A stretch of DNA of 64,000 nt from Octopus sinensis. Its lineage: Eukaryota. A model generated the notes under the pieces. It was not told the DNA's origin. It saw only the letters and a program-made list of their open reading frames with translations, and ran no database searches. The DNA is taken from NCBI RefSeq assembly GCF_006345805.1, contig NC_042999.1:39990001-40054000 (forward strand). The letters run 5' to 3'. Below are positions 27,168 through 39,721 of the stretch, piece by piece. Position numbers and translations under genes: made by a program. The stretch's first letter is position 1, and each line of letters begins with the position of its first letter.

Positions 27168-27170
<3 letters not shown>
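26890..27170. repeat. Near-perfect inverted repeat, arms 26890-26997 and 27062-27170
   Basis: The arms are reverse complements with a single 1-bp indel on manual alignment; the 64-bp loop contains the MITE right TIR. Confidence 0.92.
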
Positions 27171-27206
<36 letters not shown>

Positions 27207-28779
27207 TATGCACATATACTTACATATGTACAGCTACATACATGTCCACACACACGAATACGTATATAGATAAATTTTGATAAAAGAAGTCATTGGTCGT
27301 GGTAACAACCATTTACACATACGACAAGAGACCTATAGGCGTCGGAACAGATATAGGCATATACTTATTTTACATACAATAAAATGTGCGTGCCCAAGTC
27401 TTAACGTCTTATATAGAATACATACTCACACACATATATACACATGTGTATGTGCGTTTATGTACATACATGTGTGCGCGTAATCTGCTTATTGAGTGAG
27501 TGTATACGTGTAGGTATCTAATCTAAATCTGTATGTGAAGATTTTTACATATGCATATATGCAGACATACAGAATTTAATGCATATGTATGTATACATAA
27601 ATACATATGTACATATACAAATGTATATATGTATATATATATGCGGTTATGTATGTGTATACGGACGTATATATACGTATGTACATACATGTATGACGTA
27701 TATGAAAGAGTACGAAATCAATTTTCTTCCGTATATTAGCAATGCAATTATATGTGAGGTTTATTTGATTTGGAAGTGCTCTATAAAATGTGTATTTGAC
27801 TTTTGAATACCCTTGAGGGAACGGATCCAAATATATAGAATCTTTGTCTCTGACATGTCAGGAACAAGTTATTAAATAGCTGCCAAATACAGACCCTCGA
27901 CGCTTCAATTTATTCTCACTTCCGATTAAATTACATTTTGATTTTTGCATAATAGTTTCAGAGATCTAACGTCTAGCCGAACATTAATTAATATTTTCAA
28001 AGTGACTTCTATAGCGAAAATACTAAAGTTATAATCCTTCAGGATAGATAATGCATATTTGCGATGGTATTATGATGTGTGAAATATATTTTATACTAAG
28101 AATAGAGAGAAAGAAGTGTCTGTATTCAAACTGAATTCAGTGTAATATGTTAAAGGAGACACAGAAAAGATGTTAGCAAAATGTATTTTCTCTTTAATTG
28201 AAAGTATGAAGTAAATATATAAAAAGTTAAATATTAATGTAAGAATTAATTTGATAAACCCCATGCAAGTACTGCTGTTGATGACGTCTGAAAATGATGA
28301 TGCGTGTCTGGTTTGTGGCGGTGGTACCAGTAAAGATGAGGGTGTTGATGATAGAGACCACGACAACGACGATCATTACGATAATGACGATGACTGTGAG
28401 GGCCATGATGATGATGATGATATTATTAACAAGTTCAGATAATTATGTTTGAGATGGTCAATGAATGGAATGCCTGGTGTGTGTCTTGTGGTTACCCATT
28501 CCTTAAAAAATGGCGAATAGGCCTGTGTATATATATATTTAAAAAAAACAGTGCTGACGAATACGCAGATCATGATAATGAAATTGTGGTTTTTAATTTA
28601 CATTTACATCATCATCATCATTGTCGTCGTCGTTGTCGTCGTCATTATCTTCAAATGTAGAATCTTGAAAATTATTGAAAATATATACCTACCGTGTTCA
28701 TGAATGATAAGTATAAAAGCGACCAGCATCTAAGGTCTTATAAAGATGATGATATTGATTGCGGAGTAACTATTGTAAT

Positions 28780-29000
28780 TATTTTTCTTCTTCTTCTTCT
28801 TCTTCTTCTTCTTCTTCTTCTTCTTCTTCTTCTCTCTTCTTCGTTCTTCTTCTTCTTCTTCTTCTTCTTTTCTTCTTCTTCTTCTCCTCCTTCTTCTCTT
28901 CTTTCTTCTTCTTCTTATTTCTTCTTCTTCTTCCTTCTTCTTCTCTCCTTCTTCTTCTTCTTCTTCTTCTTCCACTTATTATAATTATTATTATTATCAT

Positions 29001-29065
<65 letters not shown>

Positions 29066-29080
29066 ATAGGTGTTGTTGTA
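28780..29080. repeat. (CTT)n-(TAT)n-(TAG)n microsatellite
   Basis: Direct reading. Confidence 0.97.
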
Positions 29081-29154
29081 GTAGTAATGATCGAGTTCCT
29101 CCAGTAGACTTCGGCGTATTTTCTATGCAAGTGTTTATTTAAGTCAGGATTCTT

Positions 29155-29352
29155 CACGCATGGCTCAATAGTTAGAGCGTTCGACTCACAGCAACCGGAG
29201 AAATGAATTGCGACTTCACTGGTCGTGAAGATGGGAGACCGGCTTGCATGGGCGACTGCTGGCTTTCCATGAGTACCCTTGCCGTGACTTGTGCCCCAGA
29301 GGGGAAACTTTCTAGTTGCAATCTCAGGTCATTCACAACGAAAGGGTGTCTT
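29155..29352 (+). mobile_element. tRNA-derived SINE-like element, family D
   Basis: GCATGGCTCAATAGTTAGAGCGTTCGACTCAC A-box-like head, GC-rich body, end GGTCATTCACAACGAAAGGGTGTCTTTAC. Confidence 0.6.
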
Positions 29353-29704
29353 TACAAGTATACCTTATTGCCATTACTTTTAGCTTTATAGTCTTCGAGT
29401 GCCACGATTTAAAAAATAATTGAATGTAATTGAATGCTGCTGAGTTTTAATGGTTCTGTTGTGTGATCATGCGTTCTTTATATGCATAGACATTTTGAAA
29501 TTACTTATGAAGCGACAAGGTTGCCATTGCCACAGTTTAGAATGATTGCCAGCTTTATATATATTGAGTGCATGATTGGCCTATGTTGTTTTGCTTGCTT
29601 GTAGAAGAGGCATTCTCGGTGAAGCATAGGTAGAATGATAGATCGTATCTGCCTGCGACTGAACCTGGGTGGATGTGTCGCAAGTAAGTAGCTAATGTAT
29701 ATAT

Positions 29705-30282
29705 AGGCGCAGGTATGGCTGTGTTGTAAGAAGCTAGCTTTCCACCCACGTGATTTCGAGTTCAGTCCTACTGCGTGGAACCTCGGGCAAGTGACTTCTA
29801 CTATAGCCTCTGGCTGTCCAACCATTTGGGAGTGGATTTGGTAGACGGAAACTGAAAGAAGACCGTCGTATACATGCAGGAGTGGCTGTGTGGTAAGTAG
29901 CTTGCTAACCAACCACATGGTTCCGGGTTCAGTCCCACTGCATGGCATCTTGGGCAAGTATCTTCTGCTATAGCCCCGGGCCGACCAATGCCTTGTGAGT
30001 GGATTTGGAAACTGAAAGAAGTCTGTCGTATATATGTATATATATATGTATGTGTGTGTGTGTGTTTGTGTGTCTGTGTTTGTCCCCCAAGCATTGCTTG
30101 ACGACCGATGCTGGTGTGTTTACGTCCCCGTCACTTAGCGGTTCGACATAAGAGACAGATAGAATAAGTACTGGGCTTAAAAAGAATAAGTCCCGGGGTC
30201 GATTTGCTCGACTAAAGGCGGTGCTCCAGCATGGCCACTGTCAAATGACTGAAACAAGTAAAAAAGAAAAATAAGAAAAAGG

Positions 30283-30316
<34 letters not shown>

Positions 30317-30327
30317 AAGAGAGAGAG

Positions 30328-30418
<91 letters not shown>

Positions 30419-30672
30419 GGTGCGTGTGTGTATGTGTGTGTGTATTTATGTGTATGTGTGTACCCGTGTTTGTCCTCCTGACATCGCTTGACAACCGAAG
30501 CTGGTGTGGTTATGTCCCCGAAACTTTGCGGGCCGGCAATATAGGCCAATAGAATAAGTACTAAGCTTACGAATAATAAGACCTGGGGTCGATTCCTTCG
30601 ACTATAACCATTGAAGATGGTACTCCAGCATGACTGCAGTCAAATGACGGAAACAAGTAACAGAATAAAAGA
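29705..30672 (+). mobile_element. Nested family A SINEs: older head 29705-29874, younger copy 29875-30282, microsatellite, older tail about 30461-30672
   Basis: Two heads in tandem followed by two tails. The outer pair is more diverged from the other copies than the inner pair. Confidence 0.85.
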
Positions 30673-31404
30673 ATAAAAAATATAAAAAAGAGTGCGAGTT
30701 AAGCGGAACACTGAGGAACACAAGACCCGAGAGTTAGTGAGAAAAATTTGCATTCAGATATGCGGTGACAGTGCAATCCAACAGGAAGTTAGCGATCCGA
30801 GAGGATAATAGATAATAACAGGCCAACATGGACCAAATCTTTGTTGATGGCTAGAATGACAACATTCTCTTGATCGCATCTTTCGAATTCATGCGTGACC
30901 TGTTCAATGAATGTTAGACACAGACAAGTATAGTAATGTGCCGAGTGTGATTTCGGCCCAAAAACAAAAAAAAAAAGGGAATTTATTGAAAATTTGCTGA
31001 ACGAATGCAGAATGGTAGACTAAATAGAAATATTGCTATCTCTGTGCCTTCCTCTACATAAATCTATTTAATGTACTCTATTATATGCAAGGCTTTGGTA
31101 AATGTATCATTGATATAAATCTGCTACTGGTATCGTTAATGTAATTATTTGAATGATGGACTACAATAATGTATACATGTAGCCAAGTACCTGCAGATGA
31201 TGGAAAGAAATTCATATACAATATTAGAATACGTAATATTTACTGAATGTTTATTCATAACAAAACCTTGTCATTGAAGCCTAAACATGCGTCACCTATA
31301 ACGCAGATGGAGAACTGGAAAACAGGAAATCAACAAAGTGTTGAAAAAAGGGAAAAAAAAACACATTAGGACTAACTTTTCAGTGAAATACTACAAAAAT
31401 ATAT

Positions 31405-31801
31405 ACTCTTACTCTTTTACTCTTTTACTTGTTTCAGTCATTTGACTGCGGCCATGCTGGAGCACCGCCTTTAATCGAGCAACTCGACCCCGGGACTTCT
31501 TTTGTAATCCCAGTACTTATTCTATCGGTCTCTTTTGCCGAACCGCTAAGTTACGGGGACATAAACACACCAGCATTGGCTGTCAAGCAATGCTAGGGGG
31601 ACAAACATAGACACGCATACATATATATACATATATACGATGGGCTTCTTTCAGTTTCCGTCTACCAAATCCACTCACAAGGCTTTGGTCGGCCCGACGC
31701 TATAGTAGAAGACACTTACCCAAGGTGCCACGCAGTGACACTGAACCCGGAACCATGTGGTTGGTAAACAAGCTACTTACCACACAGCCACGCCTGCGCC
31801 T
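31405..31801 (-). mobile_element. SINE family A, full length, minus strand
   Basis: Starts with (TACTCTTT)n, the reverse complement of the tail, and ends CACACAGCCACGCCTGCGCC. Confidence 0.92.
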
Positions 31802-31921
31802 ATGATTAGATTTATTTAATATTTGTAATTCAATGACAAAAATTCGAATATTTTAATCTATGAGAAGTACCGTGTACTTCCGTATCATAAATATCTTTAA
31901 TATTTATCATATTTATTATTT

Positions 31922-32095
31922 AGGCGCATTGGAGTGGTTGTGCGGTGAGTAGCTTGCTTACCAACCACATAGTTCCGGGTTCATTCCCACTGCGTGGCAG
32001 CTTGGGCAAGTGACCTCTACTAGAGCCTTGAGCCGACCAAAGCTTTGTGTGTGGATTTGGTAGACGGACTCTGAAAGAAGCCCGTCGTATAAATG

Positions 32096-32138
<43 letters not shown>

Positions 32139-32345
32139 CTGTATTTGTCTCCCCAACATCGTTTGACAACCGATGCTGGTGTGTTTACGTCCCCGTAACT
32201 TAGCGGTTCGGCAAAAGAGACCGACAAAATAATTACTAGGCTTCTAACGAATAAGTCCTAGGGTTGATTTGCTCGACTAAAGGCGGTGCTCCAGCATGGC
32301 CACAGTCAAATGACTGAAACAAGTAAAAGATAAATGACAAGAAAG
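31922..32345 (+). mobile_element. SINE family A, full length
   Basis: AGGCGCATTGGAGTGGTTGTGCGGTGAGTAGC...GTCAAATGACTGAAACAAGTAAAAG. Confidence 0.92.
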
Positions 32346-32999
32346 ATAAAATATAAATAATATTTAGACAGTGTGAAAAATATGGGAGCTTGACGTTTAG
32401 ACAACTACTGCAGTTTTTATCATGCTAATTATCATTCTCTCAACATTTACATATAAAACTATTTTTCGTAGTGCCACCACCCACATTCTTCGTATGCTTC
32501 AACGTATTGAATTTATTTGGGTAAGAATTCCACGGCAGAGATATGGTGAAATATATTTCAGTCTGTTAAGATGACAAGTTAAATATTACGTTAGATTTAC
32601 ACTCTAATTCCTGAATAAAGAGATCTGCATCAGAAGTTTCGATTCTGTAAATCGAGAAATAAATCAACGTTAAAGCTTCGTCTCTTCATTAATGAATTAT
32701 ATAAGGTTATCTGATTGCATTATAGAAATCTTTGATCGGAAATTCACGTCAAATATTTACTATACGTAAGACGGGCCATAAAGTTCATTAATGAAGGTAA
32801 AATCAAATCTTCGCACACGAAATCACACACCGAATATCAAACACAAACTGCCACACACATGACCACACAAGAATACTAACATGCACACATACATACTTGT
32901 GTATATATATATATATATATTTGTGTGTGGGGCGCACATGTGTGCATGTATGTATGTATGTATGTGTGATATAAGATATGCATATATACGTGTAGGATG

Positions 33000-33460
33000 A
33001 ATTACATATAAATGTATATATGTATAAATATATAATATGGATATATTATATATATATTATATATATATATATATTATAAAGATATATATAATATATATAA
33101 TATATATATCTATATATATTATATATATATATATATATATTTCAACAATTTGAGGGTAAATTAATTAATTATTAATCAATTTTTATTTATATATAGATAT
33201 ATATATTATGATTATATATGTATATATATATACTATATGATTATGTTTAATCTACATGTTTTATATATATATATAGACAGAGAGGATTATATATATTATA
33301 TATATATATAATATATAAGTTCTCTCTATATATATATGTATATGTTTAATCTACATGTTTTATATATATATATAGACAGAGGAGATTATATATATATATA
33401 TATATATATATCTATAGTTCTCTCTATATATATATGTAAATCTATCTCTAGCTCCTCTCC

Positions 33461-33495
<35 letters not shown>

Positions 33496-33620
33496 ATATA
33501 TAAGTTCTCTCTATATATATATGTATATATATCTATCTCCTCTCCCTCTCTCTCTCTATATAATATATATATTATATATATGTGGTGTGTGTTGTGTGTG
33601 TGTGTGTGTGTTATTGAATA
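33000..33620. repeat. Degenerate (TA)n region with tandem higher-order units
   Basis: TGTTTAATCTACATGTTT...AGACAGAGAGGATTATA...AGTTCTCTCTATA is repeated near 33243 and 33343, with a partial third unit. Confidence 0.85.
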
Positions 33621-34127
33621 TGCTTAAACGTCTATATGTGTCTGATCGAGAGAAGAAAATGTAGAGAGAAAATCAGGTATAAAATTGATTTTTCCAACAT
33701 GTTCGTGATAATGACTTGACGTTCTTATATATTAGGAACTTTTCACATCAATAATATGATAGCCAATTTTGACATTTAAAGGAAAATTTTGTGTGATAAA
33801 TGAAGATCATACGATATTTTTTCATAAGAAATCGAACAGAAAAGACCAATAAAACGCTTGACTTAACTAAATGACTATTACAAATACATGAAAAGCAAAA
33901 GATATTATCACGTTGAGAATTATGACTAATAGTCACAATTAAAAAATGTATATTATGCAGCGATACTTCATTAAATGCTCGTAATTTGCAGAATGAAATT
34001 TTTCCTCCATATGAATGTTAGATCAGCAGCTACAATTATATTTAAGGTGTCACATGTCAGCTACATAGCATCTACGATGCCACAACAGCAGTCATTAAGC
34101 AGTATGACAGTTGCAATTTTTCTCCAG

Positions 34128-34269
34128 TTTTCTCAAGATCAGTCGTATCATTCAATCACATTATGTCAATTATCTAATGGAAATTCCTGTGTTGAAAGAA
34201 AACGGACACACATATTTGAATTGTTGTTCGGCCCCTCACTTTTGCATACGTGGCGGTTTATTAGATTGG
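34128..34269 (+). CDS. Candidate coding exon (FLKISRIIQSHYVNYLMEIPVLKENGHTYLNCCSAPHFCIRGGLLDW; frame uncertain)
   Basis: Strong acceptor TTGCAATTTTTCTCCAG, donor TGG|GTATAG. Two frames are open; the other is part of ORF 33975-34361. Confidence 0.35.
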
Positions 34270-34408
34270 GTATAGTTTCAAATACCATAAATTGCCGTTT
34301 TCGCTTTGATGCTCTTCTGTTGGTGTTCAAATCTTACCGAAAACATTTCAATATAATATAGTTTAAATATATTTATGTACTCATCTAGATTGTTTTCATC
34401 TCTCTCTC

Positions 34409-34448
<40 letters not shown>

Positions 34449-35504
34449 TATGTCGCTCGCTCTGTTTTTCATTAGACAATATTTTACCCAATTCTGTAAA
34501 TCCTTAGGTACCACATTTCGCTTGATAAGAATGATATAGTGTTTAATAATACTGGTAATAGTGCTATGAATGATGCAATGGCTTGAAAAATGACCTGTTT
34601 TAACCTCCTTGGATATTGCATTATTATCAGTACTGAGGTAAAATAAACGAAAACTATTCTAAAGCTTGATAAACGGAGTCTTGTGACAGGAACCGAGTCA
34701 ATGAAATTTCGCCTTAATGACAATCATATCGCATTTGCTCTATGTGTTCTGAATAGTCGATGCAATTCACAAGGCCAGGAAAGATAAATTATGCTTCATT
34801 TTTATGAAGTGAAATGCATGAAAATAAAGCTTGGGAACGAGAGATATATAGCTCTACTGGCAGGTGTTGGCACGTTTATGGTATCTAAATGCATTGGTCA
34901 CCTAAATATATCACTGATGTTCTTGAAATTCAATGTGAAATCTACACGGGCAGTGAAACTTTAAAGATTATTTCCCCATTGACGTTGATGCAGAGGTTAC
35001 ATCTGTAGGAGATGAATACAGACCCGGTTTTTATTGGTGTAACAAAAAAGTTCTTAACTGTTTAAAGGGTATCCAAGCCTCGGTGCCCAAATCGCTGTGA
35101 CTCGATGATGAAAGTTTAACTATGTAATTGGAGCGTAGATCAGTGTTGCTTGGCAGACAGTAAAACCCATCCCTGCAGACAACGATGTCAGATCTTAGTT
35201 CCCACTAACTTTACCTTTTATATTTATACTTCTATTACTTGCGCTTCCGGTACCTATTGGGCTTATATATATATATAAACAGTTAAAAATTGGGAAATTT
35301 GGGCGGAGAGGGAGGTAATTATAACTTTGAAAACATGATTTCTGGGTAAACAGTACGTAGTTTGGGATCCTTCTTAAGAATACAAATCACTTTCATGCAA
35401 ATTGTACCCACCCTCGCTTCATTTCTGGACAAACAATAACTTCCATTAAATAATTTATCCACTCCAATATGTATCCTTTTCTACTCTTGGAACAAAATTT
35501 TGGT

Positions 35505-35672
35505 GGAGGGGGCCAGTCGACTAGATCGACCCCAGTACGCAACCGGTACTTAATTTATCGACCCCGAAAGGATGAAAAGCCATGTGTACCTCGGCGGAAT
35601 TTGAACTCACAACAGACGAAACACCGCTAAGCATTCCACCCGGCGTGCTAACGTTACAGCCAGTTCACCGCC
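35505..35672 (-). mobile_element. SINE family B
   Basis: TCGACCCCAGT...GGTACTTAATTTATCGACCCCGAAAGGATGAAA...CTCGGCGGAATTTGAACTC...CGTGCTAACG...CACCGCCTT. Confidence 0.85.
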
Positions 35673-35699
35673 TTCAAACTCTACTCCGCTATATATGAG

Positions 35700-36715
35700 C
35701 TAACAGAATGCGCTACGCTTATCATGAGGCAATATAGCCAAATCATTGAGAGTTAATCGCTTCGCCTCATAATAACGGTATACAAATTGGCATGAATTTT
35801 TCCATATCTTTTTATTCGCTCTTAAAGAATCAAATTCTGCAATGCACAACTTTAAATTGTTCATTCTAGAGATGCTTTAAAGTTTGTCTCCATTGATACT
35901 ACTATCGACGAACATGCCACTGTTATGCGTCCAGCTGTAATTCTCAACTCTCTACAATCCACAGGACTGCCATCGCATTAGATGTTCCTAAAGAAAGGTG
36001 CACCTATCATGCTCTTGAGGAATTTGGACCCGCCACGACTATGCAATGATGCATGATTGACTGTAACTACAATGACAAGCCATGTCCTACATTTAACCAT
36101 AATTGCCGATTGTCATCAAGGTGAGATCGCATACATACCACGCATGCCATTTATTCCATCAAGCGTGTCACTTCAGTTCAAACCCCTCCAGTTCTCAGTA
36201 CGACTGTGCTTCGCTATGGCAATCAACAAAGCCCAGGGTCGAATTTTAAAATTGTGGATCACAATTTACAAATAACCTGCTTTTCTCATCGACAATTATA
36301 CGCCGCATGCTCTCTAGTTAACAGTGCACATGACTTATATATTTATTCATAGTTTAACCTAAAGCATTTTCGGTTTCACTTAACATACATTGAAGTGTAC
36401 ACTCTGCCCAAATATTAGAGATGATGCTTTTGAAAATAAAACAGCTTACGGATAACTCTGCGTCCTCATACGTCATCCAGTTCTTTAAATCCGTTAGACT
36501 AGAATATTTTGTGGGGCAATGTTAGGATGACATTCTAATCTAAGCTGTATATCGTACATGTTTTGGTGTCAACAATTTCAGTATTATTCTTCTCGAAATA
36601 ACCAAAAAACATGTTTATAAAGAAGACTTGTTTGCTTCACACTCCTCGAGTACAGATTCTGCCCATAAGAAAGGAACAAATAAAACAATGTAGATATAGG
36701 TCATAACAACCGGAC
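35700..36715 (+). mobile_element. Helitron remnant: Pif1-type helicase C-terminus and 3' region
   Basis: LNSLQSTGLPSH...LKKGAPIMLLRNLDPPRLCN...IPRMPFIP...FSVRLCFAMAINKAQG...FSHRQLYAACS, then TKKHVYKE near 36600; these are classical Helitron helicase motifs. Confidence 0.9.
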
Positions 36716-36718
36716 AAT

Positions 36719-36809
<91 letters not shown>

Positions 36810-37063
36810 ATATGAAACAAAGGCGATTGAAGGAGGGGAATTTTCTTTGTATTGTATGTCCTGTACTCTATTTTTTCGTCTTTTAAGAAAAATGTCCATT
36901 TCCTTGGTTTTGGGTTTATGTTTTCGTTTCTCATTGTGTTTGACGTTTTTTTGGGTGCCCTGTACCCATATATGCGTGTATATATACATGTAGAGGTAGG
37001 TACGTACATATATGTATGTATATATGCATATGTTTTATTTTATTTATTAATTGTATATATATA

Positions 37064-37541
37064 CTAGCAGTATCGCCCGGCGTTGCTCGCGTTTGTAAGG
37101 GAAATAACTATATAAGCATTTTTAGAGAGTTACTTCCCTTATAGATGCCAATTCGGGCTTTCTTAGCCATTTCTGTTTTGGTGTCTAAAAGAACGCTGGT
37201 CTCCTTGACAACGCTTTACGACGTTGATTTCCTTACACTCCCTTCCCCACAGCTTCACGAGGGAGGGAAGAAGGGGGAGAAGCAAACAGGTGCAGGTGTG
37301 ACCATGGACGCCAACTCCGCCGCCATCGACACACGAAAAATTATGCATTAAAATGATGTTAAATTATTTTTAAAATCGTAGTCTCATCGTAGACGCGCGC
37401 TAATACTCAGACGGGCTCGATATGAATCACGACTATAAGATACCCGAATTTGGTTAAACTGCACCGCAAAATGTGGGAGTAGTTAGGAATCTAAATCGAA
37501 GGGGACAGACACTCACACAACTACAGTTTTATATATATAGA
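37064..37541 (-). mobile_element. Non-autonomous Helitron
   Basis: On the minus strand it starts TCTATATATATAAAACTG and ends CGCGAGCAACGCCGGGCGATACTGCTAG (hairpin plus CTAG), inserted between A and T. Confidence 0.85.
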
Positions 37542-37811
37542 TATATGCATATTTAAAGCGCCTGTGCGTGAGTGTGCGGGGGTATGTATAACCATATATA
37601 CATGCATACATATACATACATTATATACATACATGTATATGCACATACACATGATCAAGTTTAGATATTGTGTATCTGTGTACTTGTGTGTGTTTGCGTG
37701 TCTGTATGAGTGTGTCTAGAATTCCTTTCTTTACAATATTTTACATTCATTAATGTATTTGACACATTGAAAATACTTTTAAACGATGGAGATTGGCATA
37801 TTTTTGAACAG

Positions 37812-37910
37812 AGTTTCCCACAGGGAATTAAAGTATTTTTTCAAACAGTGTAAACGTTATTACCTTTCCCCCAACACCGTGTTTCTCACTGACTATACAC
37901 TAGTCAACAG
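37812..37910 (+). CDS. Candidate coding exon (VSHRELKYFFKQCKRYYLSPNTVFLTDYTLVN)
   Basis: Acceptor TTTTTGAACAG, donor CAG|GTACAG, single open frame, phase 2 to 2. Confidence 0.3.
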
Positions 37911-38290
37911 GTACAGGAAGCTGTCAGAAAATAATTTTCAGAAGTTATTAACCAGAATTAACCAGAAGGAATAGAGTGTCATAGTCCGGAAGAGGCAATG
38001 AAAAAAAAAATCAGCAATAATTATGTTAATAGTGATGGATGTTGTTCCTGACACGAACTAGGTTAGACAGGATGTTATGAGTTTCGGAAGATTCATGACT
38101 CGTTGGACCAATCAGAGTACCGCAGAAATTCGAAGAAAACTGTAACCGAAAGTAAATGTTCTTTTTTTTTCTCACTGTTACTAATACTTCCGTATATGTA
38201 AGTATATAAATATAACAGTGTGTAAATATGAAATGCTTGCTTGTGGCTGTATGTGTGTACTTGTGTGTGCATGGAAACGTATGTGTGTAC

Positions 38291-38343
<53 letters not shown>

Positions 38344-38350
38344 CATACAT

Positions 38351-38441
<91 letters not shown>

Positions 38442-38689
38442 ATAGCAAAATACAGTAGAGCATGAACGTATTCGTCTAATTGTAGCTTACCATTTCACTA
38501 CTACACCATCGACAATAGTTTTTTTCTGCGAAAGCATGCAGCACTACACTTGCACTACAAAGTTAAACTTATCAGTAATTAGCTTCACTCACACGACCTT
38601 CGCCCCCGTGTTACAGCATTTGTTTACGCTCCAGTTCTAAGCTTCAGTTAAAATACTTGAATTAACGTCTAGATCAGTTTGGTTTGTAG

Positions 38690-39273
38690 AACGTTAGCAC
38701 GCCGGGCGAAATGCGTAGCCGTATTTCGTCTGCCGTTACGTTGTGAGTTCAAATTCCGCAGAGGTCGACTTTGCCTTTCATCCTTTCGGGGGTCGATTAA
38801 ATAAGTACCAGTTACGCACTGGGGTCGATGTAGTCGACTTAATCTGTGTGTCTGTCCTTGTTTGTCCCCTCTGTGTTTAGCTCCTTGTGGATAGTAAAGA
38901 AATAGGTATTTCGTCTGCCGTTACGTTGTGAGTTCAAATTCCGTCGAGGTCGACTTTGCCTTTCATCCTTTCGGGGTCGATTAAATAAGTACCAGTTACG
39001 CACTGGGGTCGATGTAGTCGACTTAATCTGTGTGTCTGTCCTTGTTTGTCCCCTCTGTGTTTAGCCCCTTGTGGATAGTAAAGAAATAGGTATTTCGTCT
39101 GCCGTTACGTTGTGAGTTCAAATTCCGCCGAGGTCGACTTTGCCTTTCATCCTTTCGGGGTCGATTAAATAAGTACCAGTTACGCACTGGGGTCGATGCA
39201 GTCGATTTAATCTGTGCGTCTGTCCTTGTTTGTCCCCTCTGTGTTTAGCTCCTTGTGGGTAGTAAAGAAATAG
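38690..39273 (+). mobile_element. SINE family B with three tandem 184-185 bp units (38721-38905, 38906-39089, 39090-39273)
   Basis: Each unit runs GTATTTCGTCTGCCG...GTAAAGAAATAG with only a few substitutions between units; a single A-box head lies upstream. Confidence 0.95.
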
Positions 39274-39494
39274 GTATACATTCAGATAAGAAATTCTTGA
39301 ATGTGGCGCTCATAGCTCTCCAATGTCAATTCCCCTTCAACAAACAACATGTTGTTGGTTTTCACTTTTAGTAAGATATTATCACCAAGATAGTATAACA
39401 GATTCTGAATATTCCAGCTAGAATTACAGCGACAAGAAGAACTGTTTACTGTTATATAGCACTCAGTTGAGAAACGTACGTGCCATATGCTTTA

Positions 39495-39721
39495 CAATAA
39501 TGGCCAAAAGTTTGGAACATAGGGTTGAAAATTAGGACTTTTATATTAAATGCCCGTTGTTATATTTAATTTACAATATATTATTACTTGGCCAAAGGAT
39601 TGGAATGTAGCTCTGAAAAATTATAATTTTTATATTAAATGCCCAAAGTTATATTTGAAAGGAACTGTACCTGGGTATAGTTTTAATTTTTAAAAATGTT
39701 CCAAACTTTTGGCTACAGTTG
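39495..39721. mobile_element. Tc1-type MITE with TA target duplication
   Basis: TA|CAATAATGGCCAAAAGTTTGGAACA ... TGTTCCAAACTTTTGGCTACAGTTG|TA; internal duplicated TTTTATATTAAATGCCC. Confidence 0.85.

Noticed and set aside
38721-39273. Regularly spaced direct repeats as a CRISPR array
   Set aside because: Whole 184-bp units repeat with no unique spacers, there are no cas genes, and the context is eukaryotic.
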